Source: Halomicrobium mukohataei DSM 12286
GTDB taxonomy: Archaea; Halobacteriota; Halobacteria; Halobacteriales; Haloarculaceae
Length of the DNA stretch: 32,000 bases
Direction of reading: 5' to 3'
Assembly: GCF_000023965.1 (NCBI RefSeq)
Contig: NC_013202.1
Coordinates: 2,880,001 to 2,912,000 of the forward strand
Both the position numbers and the translations under genes were made by a program. This document shows, piece by piece, positions 9,305 through 16,287 of this stretch. The number at the start of each line of letters is the position of its first letter. Within the stretch, counting starts at the first letter, position 1. Below the pieces are notes generated by a model. The model saw nothing but the letters and a program-made list of their open reading frames with translations, was not told where the DNA came from and did not search any database.

Positions 9305-9628
9305 TTACGCGACGATGATGTCGGAGTCAGACTCGGCCTCGCTTTCCTCTCGGTTGTGTTCGTCCTTACCGTCCGCTTGCTTAGTACTGTCGGCTACGGT
9401 CGTCTCACTCGTCGCTTCGGTGTCAGGTTCCGGCGCGGCGTCGTCTGGCTGCTCGTCGGCGTCGGTCGCCTTCGGCGCGAGGCCGATGTCCTCGTCGACC
9501 GCGCTCTCCAGTTCCCGCAGTCGGACCTTGCACTCGACGAGTTCGTCGGTGAGTCCTTCGACGGAGGCTTCCAGTTCTTTGACGCGCGCTTCGAGTTCCT
9601 CGACACGGTTGCCGCACATACCCAGCAC
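9305..9628 (-). CDS. Small coiled-coil, highly acidic protein, first gene of the smc-scpA operon
   Basis: 107-aa ORF 22 nt upstream of smc on the same strand. It has a heptad-like N-terminus (VEELEARVKELEASVEGLTDELVECKVRLRELE) and an acidic tail. The track start at 9628 is GTG; the ATG at 9617-9619 is better placed relative to the TATA-like box. Confidence 0.65.
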   Translation of the reverse strand: MLGMCGNRVEELEARVKELEASVEGLTDELVECKVRLRELESAVDEDIGLAPKATDADEQPDDAAPEPDTEATSETTVADSTKQADGKDEHNREESEAESDSDIIVA

Positions 9629-9643
9629 CTGCCGGTCTGTCCA

Positions 9644-9650
9644 CTTATAC
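9644..9650 (-). promoter_or_regulatory. TATA-like box (minus strand GTATAAG) for the coiled-coil/smc/scpA operon
   Basis: AT-rich heptamer about 28 nt upstream of the ATG at 9619. Confidence 0.3.
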
Positions 9651-9720
9651 CTACGTCAGACATTGACAACGAGCGTGACAGGTCGCCGAACATACTACGG
9701 GCTGTAAATCTGTGAACGAT

Positions 9721-9742
9721 TTCGCCACCCCGGGGTGGCGAA
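9721..9742. repeat. Perfect 22-bp palindrome TTCGCCACCCCGGGGTGGCGAA
   Basis: The sequence equals its own reverse complement (checked by hand). It lies in the intergenic region between the FHA gene 3' end and the smc operon promoter. Confidence 0.9.
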
Positions 9743-9747
9743 GATCT

Positions 9748-9793
9748 TCACGAAGTTACAGCCGGCAGTATCACGAAGTTACAGCCGGCAGTA
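9748..9793. repeat. Perfect tandem duplication of a 23-bp unit (tcacgaagttacagccggcagta x2)
   Basis: 9748-9770 and 9771-9793 are identical. A third, partial unit (tca) is the stop codon complement of the FHA gene at 9794-9796. Confidence 0.95.
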
Positions 9794-10690
9794 TCAGTCT
9801 GGCCGCCGCGGGACCTCGACAGAGAGCGTCATGACCCCGGAGAGGTCGATCTCGTCGCCGGGACCGATCCGGGTTCGCTCGCCGGGTCGAAGCCGCTCGC
9901 CGTTGCATCGGGTCAGCCCGTCCCCGCCGACGATCAGCGTGAAGCCGTGTTCGTCCCGGACGAAGCGTAGCTGGCCGTCGTCGATCCACTTCGCGTGCTC
10001 GGCCTCGTCGGCCCCGCGCAGCATCGCCCGGAGCTTCTCGTCGACGGTGTCTCCGTCGCCGACGACGACGCGCTGATTCCCGTACCCCAGCGCGAGCCGG
10101 CCCGGAACGGGACCGTTCCCGCGGGTGGCGGTGGTGGTCGTCGACGCTGTCGCCCCGGACGACTGCTGGGTGCCGCCGCTCGGCGACGACCCGCTCCCGG
10201 TCGAGGGAGTGGCGTCGCCGTCTGCGGGCTGGTCGGTGTCGTCGCTCGATCCGGCCCGGTGGTGGGCGGTCGCCTCGTCGTCGCTCGCTGTCGAACCGGA
10301 GACGGCGTCGCGGACGCGCCAGTTGGGCTGTGGGACCAGCGCGCTCGCCCGCCCTCGAAGCGCGGCCCCGTCGAGCCACCACGGCACGTCCGAGTCGGCG
10401 AGCACGTAGCGACGGACGCCGACGGCGAGCAACAGCAAGAGCGCCTGTGGAACGAAGGTGAAGTACTCCAGCAACGCGGGGGAGTCGTTTCCCTGCTGGA
10501 CCGCCAGGGCCGGATCGACGCCACCCGCGACGCCGGTCGCCGCGGCCGTCAGCGCGACGACAGACAGCCCGATTCTCGTCCGTGGACGACGTGGATGGCT
10601 GGCGGTCGCCGTCGGAGCCAAGCGCCGGCCCCGGCGCTGGCTGTCCGCCCGCGGCCCGTCGTCCCGAGACGTGCTGTCCATGGTTCTCAC
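9794..10690 (-). CDS. FHA-domain membrane protein with Ser/Thr/Gly-rich linker
   Basis: 298 aa. Two hydrophobic segments (IGLSVVALTAAATGVAGGV; FVPQALLLLLAVGV) are followed by a low-complexity linker. The C-terminus is FHA-like (LALGYGNQRVVVGDGD...FVRDEHGFTLIVGGDGLTRCNGERL...GPGDEIDLSGVMTLSVEV). Confidence 0.7.
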   Translation of the reverse strand: MRTMDSTSRDDGPRADSQRRGRRLAPTATASHPRRPRTRIGLSVVALTAAATGVAGGVDPALAVQQGNDSPALLEYFTFVPQALLLLLAVGVRRYVLADSDVPWWLDGAALRGRASALVPQPNWRVRDAVSGSTASDDEATAHHRAGSSDDTDQPADGDATPSTGSGSSPSGGTQQSSGATASTTTTATRGNGPVPGRLALGYGNQRVVVGDGDTVDEKLRAMLRGADEAEHAKWIDDGQLRFVRDEHGFTLIVGGDGLTRCNGERLRPGERTRIGPGDEIDLSGVMTLSVEVPRRPD

Positions 10691-10820
10691 CGACTACGGC
10701 AGTGCTGTTCGTCGGCGATGGACTGGCGTGACCGCCGACGAACGACCACTAATCGTCCGGTCGGGAAGCCTCATAGCGTTTGGGGCCGCCGAGCGAGGTG
10801 GCGTCCCGGAGGTCGTTAGC

Positions 10821-10826
10821 CTTTAG
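10821..10826 (+). promoter_or_regulatory. TATA-like box (agCCTTTAGcc) for gatB
   Basis: Centred about 28 nt upstream of the gatB ATG at 10851. The same agcctttag motif recurs upstream of topA. Confidence 0.3.
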
Positions 10827-10850
10827 CCGCCCGCCACCGAACCGCGGGTA

Positions 10851-12365
10851 ATGACTGCGCAAGCTGCCGAATCGCGCGAGCTCGCGACCGTCATCGGGCT
10901 CGAGGTGCACGTCCAACTCGAGACCGACACGAAGATCTTCTGTGGCTGTTCGACCGACAGCGGCGAGGAGCCAAACACCAACACCTGCCCCGTCTGTCTC
11001 GGGCTCCCCGGCGCGCTCCCGGTGCTCAACGAGGCGGCCGTCGAATCTGCCGTCAAGATCGGCAAGGCCATCGACGCTTCGATCCCCGAAGAGACGACGT
11101 TCCACCGGAAGAACTACTACTACCCCGACCTGCCGAAGAACTTCCAGATCACCCAGTACGACTCGCCGATCTGTCAGGACGGCGAGCTGGAGTTCTCTCA
11201 CGAGGGGGACAGTCGCACCGTCGGCATCCGGCGTGCCCACCTCGAAGAGGACCCCGGCTCGATCAAGCACGTCCGCGAGGGCACCGGTCCGCTCGACTCG
11301 CGGACGACCGGGATCGACCGCGCGGACTACACGCTCGTCGACTACAACCGCGCTGGGACGCCGCTCATGGAGATCGTCACCCGGCCGGACTTCCGGGACC
11401 CCGTCGAGGTGCGGGCCTTCCTCGAAAAGCTGGAGGAGGTCCTCGAATACCTGGGCGTGTTCGACGCCACCCGCGACGGCAGCCTACGCATCGACGCGAA
11501 CCTCTCGCTGATCGACGCCGAGGACGTGAACGACGACGGGAGCATCGACGAGGCCGTGCTCGAAGCGGCGAACCGCACCGAAGTCAAGAACATCTCCAGT
11601 CACAAGGGCGCGGAGACGGCGCTGGCCTTCGAGGCCTCCCGCCAGAAGAAGCTCGTCCAGTCGGGCCGCGAGGTCGCCCAGGAGACCCGGCACTTCAACG
11701 AGACCCACGGCAACACCGTCGGGATGCGCTCGAAGGAAGAGGAGAAAGACTACCGCTACTTCCGCGAGGCCGATCTCCCGCCGCTCCGGGTCAGCCACTG
11801 GAAAGAAGAGATCGACATTCCGGAGCTGCCCGACGCCCGCCGGGACCGCTTCGTCTCGGAGTACGACCTCAGCGAAGAGGCCGCCTCGAAGCTCACATCG
11901 ACGAAGCAGGTCGCCGACTTCTTCGAGGCCGTCGCCGAGCGCTTCGACGCCGATCTGGCGGCGACGTGGGTCGCTGACGAGCTGCTGGGCGAACTGAACT
12001 ACCGCGACATGCTGATCACGGACGTCGAGGACCGCTTCGACGAGATCGAACGCCTCGTCGAACTCGTCGCCGACGACGAGATCACCGCCAAGAACGCAAA
12101 GGAGACGGTCCTCCGAGAGATGCTCGACGAGGGCGACGATCCCGACGCGATCGTCGACAGCGAGGGGCTGGGCAAGACCAGCGGCGACGCGGTCCAGCAG
12201 GCCGTCGAGGCCGCCATCGAGGAGAACCCCGACGCCGTCGCCGACTACGAGGACGGCGACGACGGCGCGATCAACTTCCTCGTCGGCCAGGTCATGGGCA
12301 AGACCGGCGGCAGCGCCGACCCGGGCGACGTGAACCAGCTGTTGCGGGCGGAGTTAGATGGCTAG
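10851..12365 (+). CDS. gatB: Asp-tRNA(Asn)/Glu-tRNA(Gln) amidotransferase subunit B
   Basis: 504 aa. VIGLEVHVQLETDTKIFCGC...NTNTCPVCLGLPGALPVLN...RKNYYYPDLPKNFQITQYD and the C-terminal GatB/YqeY domain (INFLVGQVMGKTGG) are diagnostic. Confidence 0.95.
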   Translation: MTAQAAESRELATVIGLEVHVQLETDTKIFCGCSTDSGEEPNTNTCPVCLGLPGALPVLNEAAVESAVKIGKAIDASIPEETTFHRKNYYYPDLPKNFQITQYDSPICQDGELEFSHEGDSRTVGIRRAHLEEDPGSIKHVREGTGPLDSRTTGIDRADYTLVDYNRAGTPLMEIVTRPDFRDPVEVRAFLEKLEEVLEYLGVFDATRDGSLRIDANLSLIDAEDVNDDGSIDEAVLEAANRTEVKNISSHKGAETALAFEASRQKKLVQSGREVAQETRHFNETHGNTVGMRSKEEEKDYRYFREADLPPLRVSHWKEEIDIPELPDARRDRFVSEYDLSEEAASKLTSTKQVADFFEAVAERFDADLAATWVADELLGELNYRDMLITDVEDRFDEIERLVELVADDEITAKNAKETVLREMLDEGDDPDAIVDSEGLGKTSGDAVQQAVEAAIEENPDAVADYEDGDDGAINFLVGQVMGKTGGSADPGDVNQLLRAELDG

Positions 12366-12466
12366 GCGGCTTCGGAAGCCGTGTCCTCGGCCCGACACCG
12401 ATGACATCCGAACGACTGTGTCGCCAGAGTAACTAAGCGCCAGCCCCACAGGAACACAACAACCAC

Positions 12467-13471
12467 ATGCAACAGTATCTCGATCTCGTCGATTCGACGC
12501 TTCGCGGTGGGACCTACAAGCCCAATCGAACGGGCGTCGACACGGTCGCGTCGTTCAGCCAGCACTACGAAGTCGATCTCGCCGAGGGGTTCCCCCTGCT
12601 GACGACCAAGGACCTCTCTGGCTTTCGGTGGAACTCGCTGATCCACGAGCTGCTGTGGTACCTCTCGGGCGAGGAGCACATCCGAGAGCTACGAGAGGAG
12701 ACCGGGATCTGGGACGCCTGGGCCGACGAAGAGGGCCACCTCGACACCGCCTACGGTCGGTTCTGGCGGCGCTACCCGATCCCAGACGACGACGCCCGAC
12801 TCCCCGGCGAGAGCTGGCCCGACGACGCCCACCGCTGGGTCAACGACGACGGGACGTTCGACCAGCTCGCCTACGTGATAGACCAGCTCGAAGAGAACCC
12901 CCGCTCTCGCCGGCTCGTCGTCAACGCCTGGCACCCGGCGAACGCGACGGTCTCGACGCTGCCGCCCTGTCACTACACGTTCGTGTTCAACGTCCAGGGC
13001 GGTCGCCTGAACGTCCACCTGACCCAGCGCTCGGGCGACATCGCGCTGGGAGTCCCCTTCAACGTCGCCGCGTACTCGTTGCTGGCCCAGGCCGTCGCTC
13101 AGCGCACCGACTTCGAACTGGGCTCTTTCGCCCACACCATCGTCGACGCCCACGTCTACTGCGGGGCGGGCGCTCGGGGCGAGTGGTACGCCGACAACCT
13201 CGACGGGCTACAGGAACGACTCCAGCACGTCGACGCGAAGGAGGACTACCGCGCGGTCCGGGAGTGGCTCGAATCGACCGCACCGGCCGAGGACGACGGA
13301 CACGAGGGGTACGACCACGTGCCAGGCCTGCTCGAACAGTGCGCTCGCGAACCCCGTAAACGCCCGACCATGGAGATCGCCGACACGCCCCTCGACGACC
13401 TGACCTACGACGACTTCGAACTGCACGGCTACGATCCCGCGCCGGGGATCTCCTTCTCGGTGGCCGAGTGA
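12467..13471 (+). CDS. thyA: Thymidylate synthase (ThyA type, with insertions)
   Basis: 334 aa. MQQYLDLV...NRTGVDT...LTTK...ELLWYLSGE...IWDAWADE...LPPCHYTFVFNVQGGRLNVHLTQRSGDIALGVPFNVAAYSLL is the canonical ThyA core including the catalytic Cys. Confidence 0.95.
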   Translation: MQQYLDLVDSTLRGGTYKPNRTGVDTVASFSQHYEVDLAEGFPLLTTKDLSGFRWNSLIHELLWYLSGEEHIRELREETGIWDAWADEEGHLDTAYGRFWRRYPIPDDDARLPGESWPDDAHRWVNDDGTFDQLAYVIDQLEENPRSRRLVVNAWHPANATVSTLPPCHYTFVFNVQGGRLNVHLTQRSGDIALGVPFNVAAYSLLAQAVAQRTDFELGSFAHTIVDAHVYCGAGARGEWYADNLDGLQERLQHVDAKEDYRAVREWLESTAPAEDDGHEGYDHVPGLLEQCAREPRKRPTMEIADTPLDDLTYDDFELHGYDPAPGISFSVAE

Positions 13472-13989
13472 TGGCGGCCGAGGGAACCGACGCCGAGACC
13501 GACATCGAGATCGTGCTCGTGGCCGCCGTCGCCGAGAACGGCGTCATCGGAACGGACGGCGAGCTGCCCTGGCACTACTCAGAGGACCTCGCACACTTCA
13601 AGGAGACGACGATGGGCCACCCGGTCGTGATGGGGCGACGGACCTTCGAGGGGATCGTCGCGGACCTCGGCGAGCCGCTGCCCGGCCGAACGAACGTCGT
13701 CCTGACGAGCCAGCGGCGTGACTTTCCGGACGGTGCCGTCGGCGCGGGGTCGCTCACGGCGGCGGTCGGCGCGGCCCGCGAGACCGGTAGCGAGACCGCC
13801 TACGTCGTCGGCGGCGCGACCGTCTACGAGCAGTTCCTGCCCGACGCCGACCGCCTCGTCCTGACGGAGGTCCACGACCAGTACGAGGGCGACACGTACT
13901 TCCCCGAAGTGGCGTGGGACGACTGGCGAGAGGCGTCTCGGGACGACCGTGGGGAACTCTCCTTCGTCGAGTACGTTCGTCGGGAGTAG
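13468..13989 (+). CDS. folA: Dihydrofolate reductase
   Basis: 173 aa. VAAVAENGVIGTDGELPW...DLAHFKETTMGHPVVMGRRTFE...VVLT...YVVGGATVYEQFLP. ATGA start/stop overlap with thyA. Confidence 0.9.
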   Translation: MMAAEGTDAETDIEIVLVAAVAENGVIGTDGELPWHYSEDLAHFKETTMGHPVVMGRRTFEGIVADLGEPLPGRTNVVLTSQRRDFPDGAVGAGSLTAAVGAARETGSETAYVVGGATVYEQFLPDADRLVLTEVHDQYEGDTYFPEVAWDDWREASRDDRGELSFVEYVRRE

Positions 13990-13996
13990 CGGGCGC

Positions 13997-14086
13997 TCAT
14001 ACGGATGATTGTAGTTGCGTACCGGTGACCGTCGCCAGGGGGGAGACGATCACCGGTCTATCGCGACAATAATCCGTATCACTCTC
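13997..14086. repeat. Hairpin repeat element, copy A (90 nt; termini tcatacgga...tccgtatcactctc)
   Basis: Ungapped hand alignment with copy C (19350-19439) gives 73/90 identical positions. The two halves are largely self-complementary. It sits between the convergent folA and membrane-protein genes, and its right-end tca (14079-14081) is the stop codon of the latter. Confidence 0.7.
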
Positions 14087-14633
14087 GGGTCGCGCGGTCG
14101 CCGCCGACCGGCACTTCGCCGTCGTCCGTCGACGCGCTCGCTGCGGGATCGCGCCGGAGGAGCCAGGCGAACAGGCCGGCAGCGAGCAGTTCGACGCTCT
14201 TGATGACGCCCTCGATCGGCGTCGTGACGTAGTGATCGTAGATCGTGTAGAGGACGCCGCCGTGGGTGTGGCCGCCGGTCTCGGGTGCCGGCAAGCCGGT
14301 GAGGAAGGCACCGTGGCCCGTCTGGTGCCAGGCGACCCAGGCGAGGAAGGAAAGCACCATCAGTCCGGCTCCGGCGAGATAGCCCCGGCGGACGGTGAGG
14401 TAGTCCCGCGTCACGAGGTAGGGGCCGGCCAGCAACACGAGCGCGAAGGCGACGAAGAGAAACGGGCGTGGATCGGGGATCAGGCCGCGGCTCGCGAGCG
14501 AGCCGAGTCCCTGGAGGTAGACGAGCATTCGCGGGAACCCCCACCAGAGGTGGTAGGCGGCAGTGACGAACACGAGCCCGGCGGCGACGGCGCGGGCGAT
14601 CCTGACCGATCGGTCCATGGTCGACGTTGCCAC
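14079..14633 (-). CDS. Hypothetical integral membrane protein (about 4 TM segments)
   Basis: 184-aa hydrophobic ORF (AVAAGLVFVTAAYHLWWGF..., FLFVAFALVLLAGPYLV..., GAGLMVLSFLAWVAWH..., LLAAGLFAWLL). No family recognised. Confidence 0.6.
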   Translation of the reverse strand: MATSTMDRSVRIARAVAAGLVFVTAAYHLWWGFPRMLVYLQGLGSLASRGLIPDPRPFLFVAFALVLLAGPYLVTRDYLTVRRGYLAGAGLMVLSFLAWVAWHQTGHGAFLTGLPAPETGGHTHGGVLYTIYDHYVTTPIEGVIKSVELLAAGLFAWLLRRDPAASASTDDGEVPVGGDRATRE

Positions 14634-14712
14634 TCGTCCGAAATGAGTCCGTCGAAGCGAACTCCGGGCGAGACCGAAGCCTACACCACCCCCGCCGCTA
14701 AATCGGAGACCA

Positions 14713-16083
14713 ATGAGTGAGATGACAGTCTACGAGGATCGGCTCGCCCGCCAGATGGACCGCGGGGAGTTCGTCCTCGCGGTCGTCACGGCGACGAAGC
14801 CAGACTTCTACAAGCAAGCGCCGGTCGTCGACGCCGCCCGCGAGCGGGGCCTGCCCTGTTTCGTCCTCCACACCGGCCAGCACTACGACGACGTGCTCGG
14901 CCACGGGCTGGCGGAGTACGACCTCGAAGACCGGATCGCGGTCGACCTGGGCATCCGCGGCGGGCTCTCGGAGAAGACCGCGCAGGTCCACGAGCGCATC
15001 AGCGAGCTGGCCGACCGACTCGAACAGTGGGAGGACACGACCGTGTTGCCGCTGGTCCACGGCGACACCCACGCCGCTGGCATCGTCCCCCAGGCCTGGC
15101 AGTTCGCCACCAACCAGGCGGTCGCCCACAACGAGGCCGGACTGCGCGGCATGTCGCCGGACTTCGACTTCGACGCCGACCCCGCTGCGACCGTCGAGGC
15201 CCAGTGGGAGGGCGAGTGGTCGCTCAACCGCGCCGAACCCTTCCCCGAGCAGTACGACACCTTCGTCGGTTCGGCGGCCTCACACTATCACTTCGCACCG
15301 GTCGATCTGAACCGCGAGCACCTCGAAAGCGAGGGGTACCCCACCGCGGTCGACGGCCGCGAGCGGATCCCCGTCGTCGGCAACTCCGTCGTCGACGCCA
15401 TCGCCCAGAAGACCGACGCCGACCTCGAAGAGAGCATCTTCGACATCTACCCGGTCCTGGCGGAACGCGACGACTGGATTCGGGTGGACATCCACCGCCG
15501 GGCGAACCTCCTGCCCGAGCGGTTCAGCGCCATCGTCGAGGCCGTGATCGGCCTCGTCGAAGCTGGCTACAACGTCAACTTCCTCGAACTCACCGCGACC
15601 AGGAAGGCCCTCGAAGAGTACGGCTACCGCGAGCGCCTGCTCGCGCTGGAAGCCGAGCGCGAGAACTTCCTCTTTACCGGGCTCTGGAAGAAGCACGCCC
15701 ACGTCTACGAGTTCCTCCAGTCCGGTCAGTGCCTCGCGGAACTGACCGACTCGGGGAGTATGCAAGAAGAGCTCAACGTCATCGACGAGACGATCTGTCT
15801 CACCGCGCGCTTCAACACGGACCGGCCCGAGACGGTCTTCGACGCGGAGACGAACCTCCTCGTACCGCCGGTTTCGGGCGAGTACATGACCGAGATGGTC
15901 GAGTACGTCGTCGAGACCGACGACGTGCGCGAACGGCTCCAGTCCGGCGAGACCATCTACGGCGAGAACCCCGCCGAGCAGATCGTCGCGTTCCTCGACG
16001 ACCGCCGCGACGACGTGCCCTTCGACTGGGCTCACGATCGCGTGGGCTTCGAGACCGGAGCCGCCGACTTCGAGTATCTGTAG
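14713..16083 (+). CDS. UDP-N-acetylglucosamine 2-epimerase (WecB)-like protein
   Basis: 456 aa. TGQHYD, LVHGDTHA, HNEAGLR...PFPEQ, VGNSVVDA and FNTDRPETV resemble the conserved blocks of non-hydrolysing 2-epimerases. There is an insertion of about 25 aa after the AGLR block. Confidence 0.75.
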   Translation: MSEMTVYEDRLARQMDRGEFVLAVVTATKPDFYKQAPVVDAARERGLPCFVLHTGQHYDDVLGHGLAEYDLEDRIAVDLGIRGGLSEKTAQVHERISELADRLEQWEDTTVLPLVHGDTHAAGIVPQAWQFATNQAVAHNEAGLRGMSPDFDFDADPAATVEAQWEGEWSLNRAEPFPEQYDTFVGSAASHYHFAPVDLNREHLESEGYPTAVDGRERIPVVGNSVVDAIAQKTDADLEESIFDIYPVLAERDDWIRVDIHRRANLLPERFSAIVEAVIGLVEAGYNVNFLELTATRKALEEYGYRERLLALEAERENFLFTGLWKKHAHVYEFLQSGQCLAELTDSGSMQEELNVIDETICLTARFNTDRPETVFDAETNLLVPPVSGEYMTEMVEYVVETDDVRERLQSGETIYGENPAEQIVAFLDDRRDDVPFDWAHDRVGFETGAADFEYL

Positions 16084-16230
16084 CACCGGCCTGCGAGCGG
16101 CGAGGGCGTTCGTCGGATCGGCTTCGTTCGAGGGCAGACTCGCGTCCGGGCGCGCGCTCGACGCACGGGGCCGCCCACGCGTCCGCAACCGCACTCACAC
16201 ACGCGCTATCGCCCAGATTCTGGCGAAAGC

Positions 16231-16236
16231 CTTTAG
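16231..16236 (+). promoter_or_regulatory. TATA-like box (aagCCTTTAGaa) upstream of topA
   Basis: Same core as the gatB box. It lies about 55 nt upstream of the GTG start at 16288, which implies a short 5' UTR. Confidence 0.25.
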
Positions 16237-16287
16237 AACACAGTCGGCCGTACCCGGAGATATGATCGAACGGTCTGGTGATGGCGC

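Noticed and set aside
6268-9715. Several long ORFs (327-501 aa) in other frames of the smc locus, and the strong short-period repetition of gag/ctc/gtc/gat-type codons
   Set aside because: The periodicity comes from the Glu/Asp/Leu/Ala-rich coiled coil of SMC. There are no spacer-repeat units of constant length, so it is not a CRISPR array. The alternative-frame ORFs are Ser/Arg-rich artefacts.
10749-11270. 173-aa minus-strand ORF overlapping the gatB 5' region
   Set aside because: Antisense to the highly conserved GatB N-terminus. No motif, and typical mirror-frame composition.
12366-12380. Short hairpin ggcttcggaagcc right after the gatB stop, considered as a terminator
   Set aside because: Only a 5-bp stem and no following T-tract. 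Too weak to call on sequence alone.
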